Part shown: positions 13,276 through 28,839 of the stretch, in pieces | How positions within the stretch are numbered: the stretch's first letter is position 1 | How the letters are laid out: the number at the start of each line of letters is the position of its first letter | NCBI GenBank assembly: GCA_951406725.2 | Contig: OX597818.1 | Coordinates: 1,302,001 to 1,366,000 of the forward strand | Reading direction: 5' to 3' | Source of the DNA: Octopus vulgaris | Taxonomy: Eukaryota | Length of the DNA: 64,000 nucleotides | Notes under the pieces: generated by a model | What the model was told of the DNA's origin: nothing | The model's database searches: none | Seen by the model: only the letters and a program-made list of their open reading frames with translations | Made by a program: the position numbers and the translations under genes

Positions 13276-14184
13276 ATGTCCAGAGCATGGAGACCTGACG
13301 AGCTGGATTTATTCGTACAAGCATGGGGGTGCGCCGGCGGAGATAGCCCTAGCGAGGTGATTGCGGCTGCGCTGAAGAGCAGAGGCTACAAGAGGACAGC
13401 GGCTCAGATGGAGCGAAAGAGACGGGAATTCGTGCGCTCATATGCGCTTGTACGGTCGCACATTGGCGCACTTGATGCCATCTTTGAGAACGAGCGAGGC
13501 AAAGATGACAAGAATGGAGACGATGAAAGAAGTCACCCCCACCTGGTGGATGCCCGGGAGGAGGTTTTGAATGAGAAACCTGCCCGGGAAGTGAACCCAG
13601 GTGCAAGTTCTCCAACCGGCAGCAAAGGCCATGGAGACGGAGAACCCGGTGAAGAGGTAGAGGGAGGAGGAAGAACTAAAAGAAGGGCTGGTAGAGCTAA
13701 AGGAAAAGCTCAAGCAGGACCAAAGGGTGAAAAAACCAGGAATAGAAGTGGAACCGCAAAAGATGGAAACGGACAGCGCACACGGGTGTGTAGGTTCTAC
13801 CTGAGAGGTTCCTGCTGGCATGGAAAGGAAGGTGCAGGCTGCCGCTTTGCACATCGGGGACCCTGCCACAGAGACACGAGGCAGATGGACAAACCATCAA
13901 CACAAGGAAAAGGGATGGACCACGCACCACTTGCCCCAAAGCGGAGGTACGCAGATGTTGTGCGTGTCACAAACCACCAACATGATATTGTCGAAAGGGC
14001 AGCTGCTGAGCGACAATCTTTTTTGTGCATGGCACAAAAGATTGTACAGCAGCTGACCTGGCTTCATCAAACCCAAGCCCGCAGGTGGGACTACCCACTA
14101 TATACCAGACCACCACCACAGCAAACAGACCCAGGATGGACACCACCGGCAACAACGTACACCTCACCTCGATGCTCCTACTGA
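13276..14184 (+). CDS. LINE ORF1 with N-terminal Myb/SANT-trihelix-like domain and CCCH zinc finger
   Basis: 302-aa ATG ORF containing W..DE..LF..W...IA..L...GY.RT..Q...K and CRFYLRGSCWHGKEGAGCRFAH. Confidence 0.8.
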   Translation: MSRAWRPDELDLFVQAWGCAGGDSPSEVIAAALKSRGYKRTAAQMERKRREFVRSYALVRSHIGALDAIFENERGKDDKNGDDERSHPHLVDAREEVLNEKPAREVNPGASSPTGSKGHGDGEPGEEVEGGGRTKRRAGRAKGKAQAGPKGEKTRNRSGTAKDGNGQRTRVCRFYLRGSCWHGKEGAGCRFAHRGPCHRDTRQMDKPSTQGKGMDHAPLAPKRRYADVVRVTNHQHDIVERAAAERQSFLCMAQKIVQQLTWLHQTQARRWDYPLYTRPPPQQTDPGWTPPATTYTSPRCSY

Positions 14185-17126
14185 ACATCAGAGGACTGCA
14201 AACACTCAGTAACAGGACAAAAATCCCGTTCCTGAGAGATTTCGTTGCATGCAATCAAGCCTTATGCATAGCACTTACAGAAACGCACCTGAAACCGGAC
14301 ATAGCAGATGCGGAGTTACACATACCACAGTATGCTGTACTACGGACCGACAGGAAAGAAAGGAGTCATGGAGGTGTTGCTATGTACATCCGCGAGGACC
14401 TCACACCCCAGGTCCTATTGTCATACTCAAACTCGGTGTGTGACACACTAATTGTACATATTAGGCAACTTGATGTAGTTGTGTGTGCTACATATCGCCC
14501 TCCAGATGCCCCAAGCCATGTGGGCAAGTTTGAAGACTGCCTTATAAAAATAGAAGAAGTTCTAACCACATTAGAACAACACATAAGTGTACTTCTTATG
14601 GGAGACTTCAATCTGCCAAATGTCAGATGGCCCGAGGGCCTTTCTCTCCCAGGAATGACAAGATGTGAACGAGGACAGGCGAGGTCCCTCCTGAACCTCA
14701 TCAACACCCTGTACATGGAGCAGGTAATACTCCAACCAACCAGGGCAGGTAACACACTGGATCTCTGCTTCACAAATGACATGGATCTCATCCATAATGT
14801 GAAAGTGACACCGACACTACTCTCGGATCACAACATGATAGAGCTGACCATGTACGGGCCAAAAGAGAGCACGGACATGCAGCCTACAAGAAACCCCCAG
14901 AATCTTTCCAGCTTGAACTACCATAAGGCAAACTGGAAACAAATTGAGAAAGAGATCCTCAAACAAAACTGGCCTAAATGTCTCTCCTCGCCAGACATCG
15001 ACGTGAAACTTCAACAATTCATGTCTGTAATGCAAGCCATATGCTACAAATATGTCCCAGAGAGAAAGGCCACTGTACACAAGAACAAAATCCCCAGAGA
15101 GAGGAAAATTCTAATGAGACGGCGTACAAAATTTTCAAATTGCCTAAACAAACAGATTGAAAGCAGTGAAAAGTCCCGCCTAAAAATAAAACTGTTGGAA
15201 ATCGAAAAATGTCTGAAACTCTCCCATGAAAAGGAAAGAGCAGACAAAGAAGCCTGGGCTATAGACAACATAAAATCTAACCCCAGAGCTTTCTACAGGT
15301 ATGCCAAAGAAACAGCTACGGTGCACTGTAGAATAGGGCCACTCCTCGAAAAGGATGGCACACTTACAGGAAAACCAATGAGGGTAAGTGAAATACTGAA
15401 TGAGCAATTCAAGAGTGTTTTCACTCCACCCCTTGGGCATCTCCAAATCACCAATCCAACTGACTTTTTTACCACTGCAGATATAAAATCAGAGGCGGCG
15501 ACGATAGATTACATCGATATAAAGGAAGACGATGTAATCAAGGCTATAGATGAAATGAAAACAGACTCAGCTACTGGCTCCGATGGATTCCCGGCAATCC
15601 TCCTAAAAGCATGTAAGAGAGTCCTAGCAAGACCACTGCAGTTCCTCTTTCAGAGCTTCCTTGCAGCTGGCAAACTTCCAAAAAAACTGAAGGAAGGTAA
15701 AATATGCCCTATTCATAAAGGAGGTAGCAGAGCGGAAGCCAAGAACTATAGACCTATCTCTCTGACCTCACACATCAGCAAGGTCATGGAACGAATAGTC
15801 AGAAGGAAACTAATCACCTTCTTTGAAGAAAATGACTTGCTGCCTGACACCCAACATGGTTTCCGACCAGGAAGAAGCTGCTTAACTCAGCTCCTGCAGC
15901 ACTATGACTGGGTGCTGAAACAACTGCTCAACCACTCAAATGTGGAAGTCATATATCTCGACTTCGCAAAGGCCTTCGATAAAGTCGATCATGGAATGAT
16001 ATGTCACAAACTGCGTGATCTTGGCATAGTTGGAAAACTAGGAGAATGGATTCACGACTTTCTGAAGAATAGAAGTCAGGTGGTAGCAGCCAATGGGGCC
16101 ACTTCCATTAGCACGCAAATAGTGAGCGGTGTTCCACAGGGCACTGTTTTGGGACCACTACTGTTCATAATGGCCCTCTCAGACATGCCCTCAGTCACGC
16201 GGAGAGCCACGATCACAAGTTATGCAGATGATACAAAAGTTTCACAGGCAATACAGAACCCTGAAGACACTAAGCACCTGCAATATGAGCTGGACGAAAT
16301 ATACAAGTGGGCTGAAAAGAATAGCATGCAGTTCAATGCTGAAAAGTTTCAAGCTTTATACTATCAGCATGCAAAACAGAATGCAATACCCAATGAATAC
16401 ACTGGACCCGGAGGGATTGCAATCCCAGAGGCACAATCAGTGCGTGACCTGGGTATTCACATAAGTGATGACGCGACCTTTCATGTACATGTTGCTAAAC
16501 TGACAATGAAATGCAGACGGCTGGCTGGATGGATTCTTAGAACCTTTAGAACAAGAGAACAAGAAACCATGATGGTCCTCTGGAAGACACTTGTCCTAAG
16601 CCACTATTGCTCTCAGCTATGGTCACCATCCAGTGTCAAGTTGATCACAGAACTTGAGGCGATCCAACGAAGCTACACGAAGAAGATAGCCTCTATGCAG
16701 AATGTAAGCTACTGGGAAAGACTCAAGAGATTAAAATTATATTCCCTGGAGCGTAGGCGGGAAAGATATGCCATAATATACATCTGGAAGATCCTGGAGG
16801 GAAGTGTCCTGAACTTTGGCATCGAGAGTTACGCAAATGCCAGAACTGGGCGCCACTGCGTGGTGCCTAGGACTCCAAACTTGCCATCAAGATGTAGGAC
16901 AAGATTCTGTGATAGCCTGGGCTTCCGAGGCCCACAGCTCTTCAAAATCCTCCCGAAGAACCTGAGAGACCTGCATGGGGTGGATACAGATGTCTTTAAA
17001 ATGAAGCTAGATCTCTTCCTGTCAGGTGTCCCAGATGAACCAACTTCACGGCAGGAGGGGCAGATGAGGGCAGCTGCATCGAACTCTCTCATGCACCAAA
17101 TAGCAGTTGCTAGAAAGCCTCCATGA
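14025..17126 (+). CDS. LINE ORF2: apurinic-like endonuclease plus reverse transcriptase
   Basis: 1033-codon open frame with NIRGL, LTET, GDFN, SDH (APE) and YRPISL, DFAKAFD, GVPQG, YADD (RT), plus a CR1-like C-terminus. The true start is uncertain. Confidence 0.95.
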   Translation: MHGTKDCTAADLASSNPSPQVGLPTIYQTTTTANRPRMDTTGNNVHLTSMLLLNIRGLQTLSNRTKIPFLRDFVACNQALCIALTETHLKPDIADAELHIPQYAVLRTDRKERSHGGVAMYIREDLTPQVLLSYSNSVCDTLIVHIRQLDVVVCATYRPPDAPSHVGKFEDCLIKIEEVLTTLEQHISVLLMGDFNLPNVRWPEGLSLPGMTRCERGQARSLLNLINTLYMEQVILQPTRAGNTLDLCFTNDMDLIHNVKVTPTLLSDHNMIELTMYGPKESTDMQPTRNPQNLSSLNYHKANWKQIEKEILKQNWPKCLSSPDIDVKLQQFMSVMQAICYKYVPERKATVHKNKIPRERKILMRRRTKFSNCLNKQIESSEKSRLKIKLLEIEKCLKLSHEKERADKEAWAIDNIKSNPRAFYRYAKETATVHCRIGPLLEKDGTLTGKPMRVSEILNEQFKSVFTPPLGHLQITNPTDFFTTADIKSEAATIDYIDIKEDDVIKAIDEMKTDSATGSDGFPAILLKACKRVLARPLQFLFQSFLAAGKLPKKLKEGKICPIHKGGSRAEAKNYRPISLTSHISKVMERIVRRKLITFFEENDLLPDTQHGFRPGRSCLTQLLQHYDWVLKQLLNHSNVEVIYLDFAKAFDKVDHGMICHKLRDLGIVGKLGEWIHDFLKNRSQVVAANGATSISTQIVSGVPQGTVLGPLLFIMALSDMPSVTRRATITSYADDTKVSQAIQNPEDTKHLQYELDEIYKWAEKNSMQFNAEKFQALYYQHAKQNAIPNEYTGPGGIAIPEAQSVRDLGIHISDDATFHVHVAKLTMKCRRLAGWILRTFRTREQETMMVLWKTLVLSHYCSQLWSPSSVKLITELEAIQRSYTKKIASMQNVSYWERLKRLKLYSLERRRERYAIIYIWKILEGSVLNFGIESYANARTGRHCVVPRTPNLPSRCRTRFCDSLGFRGPQLFKILPKNLRDLHGVDTDVFKMKLDLFLSGVPDEPTSRQEGQMRAAASNSLMHQIAVARKPP

Positions 17127-17214
17127 AGTGAAACCAAGTAGCAACACCAAATGGCGGTGCCCCAGCATGGCCACAGCTCATAAGCTGAAACTAGAATCAA
17201 TCAATCAATCAATC

Positions 17215-19516
<2,302 letters not shown>

Positions 19517-19541
19517 TATTCTTCTTCTCTTTCTTCTTCTT

Positions 19542-19572
<31 letters not shown>

Positions 19573-19719
19573 TTGCTTTTAATCTGTATGTTTGTTACAA
19601 TCACTTGCCGAGACACTCCCAGCGTGAAGGATGAGAGATGATACAGTATGACTGCAAGCTTGGGGAGCGGAAGTTGCAGGGGCAGTAGCGAAATATCTAC
19701 ATGTAATACAACACAGACA

Positions 19720-20198
19720 TTTAAATGGATAAGGTTTTTTTTACAGGATGTAGGCAGTACTTAACAGCACAATCTTTTGGATTTCCCTGAGTCATGGTTT
19801 TCCTGGGATCTTATCTAGATGTTTCTGACCTCCTTTTTTAATGTACATAGAGCACCTACAATAACAGGAACAGTTCTCTCTTTAAGATGCTTTTGTATTT
19901 CAGTTTTCAGGTCCTTATATTTACTTAATTTGTCAAGTTCCTTTACAGATACATTTTTATCAGTGGGGACACTTACATCTATTAGTATTTTCTTCCCTGT
20001 CTTTAATAATTATGTCTGATCGATTAGCATGGATCGTTCTGTTAGTGTTGATCGAAAAATCGCAGAGGATAGTGATATTTTTACCTTCAATGACTGACTC
20101 AGGACGATGTTCATACCAGTAAGCAGGAATGCTGAATTTGTAGTGTTTGCATATTTTCCGTCGTAACCTATCGTGGCGATTTTCGTATTCGTTTGTAC

Positions 20199-20200
<2 letters not shown>
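19720..20200 (-). mobile_element. Decayed R4/Dong-like endonuclease fragment
   Basis: Minus frames resemble RHD..WKIC, IDVSVPTDKNVSVKELDKLSKYKDL and PVIVGAL. Confidence 0.65.
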
Positions 20201-20277
<77 letters not shown>

Positions 20278-22165
20278 GTCCTCAAGGCAGCCGGCTTCGG
20301 TCCAGTCTTCCGCGGGTGGATAGCTGCTTTATACAGCAACATCTGCTCGGTGATACGGGTGAACGGTCACCTTTCGGAACCGTTCGACATCTCGCGTTCG
20401 GTCCGCCAAGGAAGCCCCCTCTCCTCCCTCTTGTACATTTTGACTCTCGAGCCATTACTGCGCAAGTTGGAGGCTTTGAGGGGTATCCCGCGCGATCTAG
20501 GAGGCGGAAGCAGCGTGTCTGCCTATGCCGATGACGTCACCGTGGTGGTGTCGAGCCACAGGCACATTGGCCTGATTGGCGAGACACTAAACCAGTACGA
20601 AGCGGTGACAGGGGCAAAGATTAACGCGGAAAAGTATGTGGGCTTGCAACTAGGCACCTGGGCCCATGCCGTCCAACAGCGTCGTAGGGCGCTGGACAGA
20701 CGGACCCGTTAAACTGCTCGGGGTCTGGTTCGGTCCGGACCTCCAGGTGGATAAAAACTGGAAAGAGATGACGAGCAGGGTGGCAGGTCTCACCCCCAGA
20801 AATGGGCCGAGAGGAAGCTGTTCCTGAAAGGTCGAGCGGAGGTGGCGAATGCGTACATCGCATTCGTCATCTATTACCGCTTGACCGTCGTCCCTTGTCC
20901 CGACCGCTGGTTGGCCAAGCTGGTATGTCTGCTCTTCGACTTTTTGTGGAAGGGTCAGGTGCCACTGGTCAGGCGATCCATCTGCTGTCAACGACCGCTG
21001 AACGGAGGCCTTGGAATGCGGTGGTTGCTGTTGCGCAGACATGCGCTCAGGCTGCGGCATCTCAAGCGCTTCCTAGACGGTGAACAGGTGTGGTCGTCTT
21101 TTGTCAGACTCGATTTTCCGCAGCTCGTCTCTTTGACGGAGCTGCAGACCTGGATCAAACGTAGACCGAGAAAGGGCGCTTGGCACCTCGAGTGCCGTCA
21201 AGCTCTCTCCGCTCTCCGCCAGGCGGGTAATGCGATCGGTTACAGCTCCACTCTAGCGTTCTATAGAGGGTTAGTGGAGGAAAAATGCGACGACGTTCTC
21301 GGGGAAACTCTAGGAGTTGAAGATGACAAACTGAGCGATCTGTTCGGGAGGACTTTCGGGCCGGGGCCGATGGATAATTTCCAGAATTCGCTCGCCTGGC
21401 AGTGCTACCGAGGGGCTCTGCCTGTTCGAGATAAACTCTACCGGCACGGAAGTGCCGTCAGCCGGGCCTGCCCGAGGTGTTGCCAGGACGACGAAACCGT
21501 TCTGCACGCACTCGTCCAGTGCCCGAGTATTGCTGAAATATGGGTTTATGTTGAACAGCTACTGTCACGTGTAGGACGGATCCGACTATCGGCCGAGTCC
21601 ATAGTGAAGATTGTCCCGCCGACCTCCTTTAACAAGTAGGGCGAGGTCGTTTTCTTGTGTCTAGTGGCTGTGGCGAAAGAAGTTGTGTGGTGGACTCGTT
21701 TGAAAGGGCTAAAGTCAGACACTTTCCTCTTTGGTCAAGGCCTCATCAACTTTTTCAAGTTTCACTTGAAAAGGAAGATGAGGTTAGAGAGGAAAGTGCT
21801 GTCCGATAGCAAGTTTTATGAAAGGTGGGTGAATTGTGCGAGACTGGCCAGTATAAATGGACCAGTTCTCAGGTTTCGCCTGTGATTTCAAGAAAGTAAT
21901 ACAAAAGGAGAAAAAAAGGGACTCTCTACACCCCTTTTTTGACCAGGCTCCCGTTGGCTTTTGTAGGGTTTTTTTCCACCAGGAACCTTTCGTAACGCCT
22001 CCCCCTTTTGGGAGTTTTTCATTGTTAAATTTTTTAATTGTTATAAAGATTTTTACTCGATGTTTTTCAAAAACGGACAAAACCCTTTGTAACCTTTCAT
22101 CCTGTCTTGTCCCTTCATGTTTCAAATCATGCATGTCAGCCCTTGTGGCCAATAAAAAGAATTAA
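20278..22165 (+). mobile_element. 5'-truncated Tx1/L1-clade LINE
   Basis: VRQGSPLS, SAYADD, FLWKG..NGGLG and CPRCCQDDETVLHALVQC motifs with a few disruptions. Ends at aataaaaag between (ATT)n and (ATC)n. Confidence 0.9.
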
Positions 22166-22211
22166 TTATTATCATCATCATCATCATCATCACCATCATC
22201 ATCATCATTAT

Positions 22212-22400
22212 TGAGTCAGAGAGCAGTGCATTCCATCAAATTGACACTGGGATAAAATATATGAAGCCCAATATACCCATCATGACAACCCGTACAAGGG
22301 TACGTCAGACACATGCATCACAAGCATATGTGCGTGATATGAGGATCTGACATCAATATAAACGGCACATGACCTTGCATGAGGGGCCCAGTTAGAATTA
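22212..22400. repeat. Short interspersed repeat, also at 49581-49660
   Basis: Shared tgagt.agagagcagtgcat.ccatcaaa.tgacactgg after (ATT)n. Confidence 0.55.
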
Positions 22401-23529
22401 CTCGTAGAAAGTCTTTCGTTCACACATTCATCAGATATATTTATAATTTTTATGGAGTAAAAGTTTATTCTGGCCATTAGTTTTCACTGTAGGATCTCCA
22501 TATTGAAGTGACAGGTTCTGATGACCTTGGCTATAAATGTTGTCCGCAAAATATCTAAGACTGAGGTAAAATCCTTCAAACGAAGTGATAGAGAGTGTTA
22601 ACATACAAGAAGTAGTTAAGTAGCTACTGTCGCAGCCTATCTACTATCTGGCTTGTTACGATTAACTAATATTGCATCATGGATTAACCTGTATTATTAT
22701 CAGAAATAATAGTTTAACACTTTCTCTAGACTTTTTAACAAGCCACACACTTGTGCACACTAACACACATAATCATGCTCACAGACATGTTACATCACAC
22801 GACACATGACAACACAAAAAGAAGCACACACACACTCACGCACGCACACACAGACACACATACACATTAGTGACATGCAAGATTGTCAGGAAGAAGGCAG
22901 GATACAGTAGTAATATTTCTCTTAACTTTTATCTAGGTTAATCCTTATTCCTCGTGGAAATTCTGAACTACCTTTGCAGTCTATACTTTAGAGACTAAAT
23001 AAAATAGACAAAAATATACTGCATGATAAAAATTAGGCCAAAAAAATTTTGTGAGAAAAGAAATAAGTTTCACGCATGAACGCATGCATGTTGGCGTCAT
23101 ATGATCTAACATGCAAACTAATCTGCAAACTACAAAGACAAGGCCATATTACTTTGCCTCCCTAAAAGCGATCTTCTGGAATTTGACTATACTCAATCTA
23201 GTGCGAAGGGCTGGTTATGTAAGTGGTATCAGGTTTACCCCATCTCCATCACTGTAACTCTAACTACGATAATATAGGAATCCTTGACAAACACGAAACA
23301 GAAGAGCGTGTACGGCCTTTAAGCGTTTTCACGGGAGTTGTTAGTGAGCAGAATATATGATACAGACACGCAACATACACACATGTATGCACGTACGTAT
23401 GTATCTATCTTTTGTCTCGCTCCGAATACTGAACAGTAACCCTGCTGGGTCTTATGTGTGTATATTTATATATACGAAAACTTAAGTACACACACACACA
23501 CACACACACACATACACACACACACACAT

Positions 23530-23573
<44 letters not shown>

Positions 23574-23591
23574 ACTTATGTTTTCGTATAT

Positions 23592-23626
<35 letters not shown>

Positions 23627-23851
23627 GTACAGACATGTACAGTCATTTGAATTTCAAAACGATAAATCATAAAACAGCACCCAATATATAAAGCAGATTT
23701 TATATGTATTGAAAATGGGGCTTCTTTTGTCGGTCTTCGGCCTACCACGTTCCGTTTATTGAGGTTGATAAGTGGAAACGAGAAACTCAGAGTAGCCCTT
23801 TCATTACTACTCAGAATAATATGTGTGTGTATGTATGTATGTATATATATG

Positions 23852-23937
<86 letters not shown>

Positions 23938-23979
23938 TAGATAGACAGATAGATAGATAAGCACATTTATTTGCGCATA

Positions 23980-24062
<83 letters not shown>

Positions 24063-24199
24063 ATACAGAAGAGAATTCACAAAATAGAAAACGAAAGAAA
24101 CATAAGACGAAGACAGGTGGTGTAGACATATATAAATATGAATTTAAGCTACTGCAATAGGAAGTCCAGGGTGGCAGATTGCCCGTATTGTTCTACATC

Positions 24200-24900
24200 G
24201 CAGCAGTGAAACTTTTGTAATTTCTGTCGAGGAAATGCAAATGACATAATCGGATGAAAACAGGAAAATTAGTATATTGATACTTTTTTGTTGATGATCA
24301 TATGCTGTATTCAAGTTATATTCACGACACCAAGAGGCATTTACAAACGGTCACAACATTCTTGCAGAACATAGAAATGGAGTTTGGTCAGCGCGATTAT
24401 TCATATTAGATAGTCAAACAAGGAAAGATTGTTGGCCAGACGAGGAATATGGATACTAATAGCATGTCTGTTTAATTTACTACAAGTGGAGAATGTTAAA
24501 AATACTTTGAAATTGACCAGAATATTGGCATTATTGATGCTGCAAGTAAAGCTAGAGTGGCAAATGAATACATCAGCAGACAGGTTAGAACTGTCCGCAT
24601 CAATAAAACCATATCCCGTAATGCTTTTGCAGTGCCAGTGCTAGAATCAGCATTTAGAATACTAGACTTGTCAATTGAAGAAAGGCACAACTTGGCCATT
24701 AGGACTAGGAAGATATTAACGATGACTGGTAACTGCTACAAGATCTATGCTAAACGGAGAGTTAGACGTACAGGTCAGACGTCTATCTAGACGACCTTTG
24801 AGTGCCACATATCATTCAGACTAAATCAGCTGAACAATAACGGGAGAGCTGAGTATATGACGTGTATACTCAAGAGAAAAAAATATGTCAGTCTTTTAAT
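24200..24900 (+). mobile_element. Highly decayed R4/Dong-like RT fragment
   Basis: FFVDD, NIEMEFG and NAFAVPVL resemble the 18427-18882 peptide. Confidence 0.55.
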
Positions 24901-25311
24901 TGCATCGACTACAACAGACAAAACTATGACAAGGTGTATCAGTAATCGACTGTCCATTCAAGATTCAGGGAGAAAGAGAAGGAGGAGGGCTGTCCATTCG
25001 TGATCGCGGCTTCCAAGCTTGCTGCGATGCTCTACTACTAGACCGGGAATCAGTTGTGTCGCCGACGATTGCACAACCTAAAATCTTCCATAGTACCTCA
25101 GACACCACTCCACCATAGAGGAGACATGCTAGGGCAAGATATGCAGTGCCAATATGGGTCAGTGGCTCAGGAATGTGGAGGCGCCATGATCTCAGGCACA
25201 AGCAAGGGATCCCCAAAGTGTTCAATGCCATTCTCTGCACATCTGGTTCCATATCAGAGAAACCTTCAATACAGTCACTCCTCACTATGCATGTTCTTAT
25301 GTTATTATTTT

Positions 25312-27410
25312 TCTCTCTAGTTTCAGCTCAGAGCTGCGGCCATGCTGATGCACCGCCGTTTTGCTACACTGTTATTACTAAGAGCTTCCTCTAATATGTA
25401 GAACTTGGTGAAAAATGGAGTTTGATGTAGCTACCCTCATTTGCACCTCTTGCCGTGAGGTAGGTTCATCTGGGACTCTCGACAGGAAGAGGTCCAGCTT
25501 TGATTTATAAACCCCTACATCTACTTTGTGCAAGTTCCTCAGACTCTTTGGGAGAATATTAAAAAGCTGTGGGCCCTTGAAATCCAGGCTGTTGCAGTAA
25601 CTGGTCCTCAAGCGTGATGGTATTGCTGGGATCTTTGGCACCGGTTCTGGCATTGGTGTAGCTTCCAATGCCAAAATTTGACACAATTCCTTCCAGGATC
25701 TTCCAGATATATATTACTGTATACCTCTCCCGTCTTCTCTCCAGGGAGTCTTAGCTATTTCAACCTTTCCCAGTAGCTGAGCTGTTGCAAAGAGACGATC
25801 TTCTTTGAGAATCTTCTCTGGATTGCTTCAAGGTCCGCAGTTAATTTCACACTGGTGGGTGACCATAGCTGTGAGCAGTAATCCAGGCGGCTGAGGACGA
25901 ATGTCCGCCAGAAGACCATCATGGTTTCCTTACCTCTGGTTCTGAATATTCTTAGGATCCATCCAACCAGTCGTCTGCACTTTGTCGCCATCCTGGTAAT
26001 GTGCACTTGGAAAGAGGTATCATCAGTTATGTCGATACCCACGTCCCTCACTGACTTAGGCTCTAGGATTGAAATTCCTTGTAGACCGGTGTACCCTGTA
26101 AGTTTAATATTCAGTTTTGGATGCTGGTAGCACAGAGCTTGGAATTTTTCAGCATTAAACTGCATATTATTATCCTCAGCCCATCTGTAAATTTAGTTTA
26201 ACTCCTGCTGCAGGTGTGCAACATCGCTGGGGTTCTGTATTTTCTGCGAGACTTTCGTATCATCTGCATAGCTTGCCAGAGTGGCTATCCGGGCATTTGA
26301 GAGCATATCTGAGAGGACCACTATAAAAAGCAGTGGTCCCAAGACAGTGCTCTGTGGAACACCGCTCACTATTTGTGTGTTCATAGAGGTGGCTCCATTA
26401 GCCACTACTGCCTGACTCCTATCTTTCAGGAAGTCATGTAACCACTCTCCAAGTTTTCCAGCTATGCCAAGGTCACGCTTGTGGCATATCATACCATGAT
26501 CCACCTTGTCAAAAGCTTTTGCAAAATCAAGGTATATTACGTTCACATTTGATTTGTTGAGTAACTGCCTCAACACCCAGTCATAATGCTGCAAGAGCTG
26601 GGTCAGGCAGCTCCTACCTGGTCGAAAGTTATTTTCTTCAAGGAATGCGATTAGTTTCCCTCTGACTATCCGTTCCATGACTTTGCTGATGTGTGAAGTC
26701 AGAGAGATAGGCCTATAGTTTTTGGCATCTGCTCTACTTCCCCCTTTACGTATTGGGCATATTATTCCCTCCTTCAGCTTGCTTGGCAGTTTGCCATTTG
26801 TAAGAACGCTCTGGAAGAGAATCTGCAGGGGTTTTGCCAGGGTATGCTTACACGATTTGAGGAAGATTGCTGGGAAACTATGAGGACCAGCAGTTGAGTT
26901 TGTGTCCACTTCATTTATGGCTAGTAGTATATCTTCTTCGCTAATGTCAATGTATTCCATTGCCTCGCTGGTTATAGGTTAGGCGGCAAAGAAGTCCACT
27001 GGTTCGTTCACTTCCCTGTGTTCCAACGGGGTGGTAAAGACACTTTTGAACTGGTCATTCAGCATCTCACTGATCATAGTTGGACTGTCTGTGAGGGAGC
27101 CATCCTTTTGGAGGAGAGGTCCTATCTTATAGTGTACTGAGTCTGTTTCTTTCGCGTAATGAAAGAAGGCCTTTGGGTTTGACTAATGTTTTTTATAACC
27201 CAGGCTTCTTTGTCTGCTTTCTCCCTCACATAGGATTGTTGCAGCCTTTTTTTCGATCTCCATCAGTGTTGTTTTTAGGCGGAACGTTTTGATTCTTTTG
27301 GGATGTTAGTTGAGGTAATTCGTCCGTCGTCTCATGAGGATCTTCCTCTCCCTTGGAATCTTGCTTCTATTTGTTTTGGCCTTGTGCTCTGGGATATATT
27401 TCTGGCATAT
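25312..27410 (-). mobile_element. 5'-truncated CR1-group LINE related to 12389-17218
   Basis: Broken ORFs 26193-26960, 25755-26165 and 25378-25686 align by eye with ORF2, and it has the same 3' stem-loop. Confidence 0.92.
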
Positions 27411-28790
27411 CACAAAACTAGTTGCATAACATAACCACACAAATCAAGCCACCACATATGTCAGCTATAGTGTATCTGGAGTATTCAGTCTCCATACAAA
27501 CAATTCTACTCCATTCTTCTTCCCCAGAGAAATATCAACCACATAGTATTTATCAAACTTTCATAATTTTCCCAACGAGATTTCGATTTACAGATGTTGA
27601 AACTTATCAATCTCCTCAATTTCAGCAGGTATCTCTGCGAAGCTCATGTAACACTTCCTCTTGATTGAATCGGGTAAAAAGAATAAAAGAGAAACTACAA
27701 ACACCGTTAAATTCACATAATCAACTGTATTACATATTTCTTTGTTTTGAAGCTGTAAACTACTCTTTAGCCGACTTCAACATTCGTCATTGCAATTGAG
27801 GCAGGTAACATCTGGAAATAACTGATCAATTTTATGTTATCATGGGGCCATTTTGATTTAACCCTCCCTCCTAAATCTGGGATTGGAATGAACTCAAACA
27901 ATGGTATGGCCTCTTTGGATATCATTTCAAGCGAGAACACAAAACAATAGAACATCTTGCAATGAGTCGATTACGGGCCGTGTAAAACTGAATTAAGGCT
28001 TAGCAGTGACGTACTACTAAACAACAATCGATTCGAACTACCACAGAAAGCAAGGATGGGTTAATTAAAATTGCTAAATATAATGTGATTTGTGATATAT
28101 TTCGTGTTGGACTAGAAATCGTTGAAAAAAAATTTTAAGAATTTTGAAGATTTTAAAAATTATATATAATAGTATTAAAACAGTTATATTATTATGAAAA
28201 TCTAAACATTTCAGCTATAGCCGTTGGCACAGTTGGCTATTACGGCTTAACATTCACAATATTTTATTGAACCGGTAAAACAAGTATGTTATGTAAGCTG
28301 CTGTTTGTATTAGCCTCTACATACAAACAGTATGAACAGATGAACACATACAGACATGTATTTACACGAACACTAATGTCTTTACTCCAATCATAAATTA
28401 GGTGCTTACGTAAACACACGCACATATATATATTTACTTGTATGTGTATATATATATATAGATATGTATATATAGTGACAGCATTTGATCGCTGTTTATA
28501 TATATACGTATATACGTATATATATATATGTATAGACACACACAATAACATTTTTTATGCATGCACGCACACACGCACGCGCACGCTTACATATCTTCAT
28601 GTGTGTAAATATAATTATATGCATGTAAGTATTTATATATATACATATACATACCCAAATTAATCTTTGTATAAAATTGTGTGCCTACATATGTGTTTAT
28701 GTATGTATGCTTTTATGCAAATGTATATATATGCACACATATACATGTGTATATATATATATATACACATACATACATATACACACACAC

Positions 28791-28839
<49 letters not shown>

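Noticed and set aside
27771-27804. Possible 34-nt host micro-exon (ctttag..cag|gtaaca)
   Set aside because: Splice-like signals only, with no recognisable peptide or partner exons
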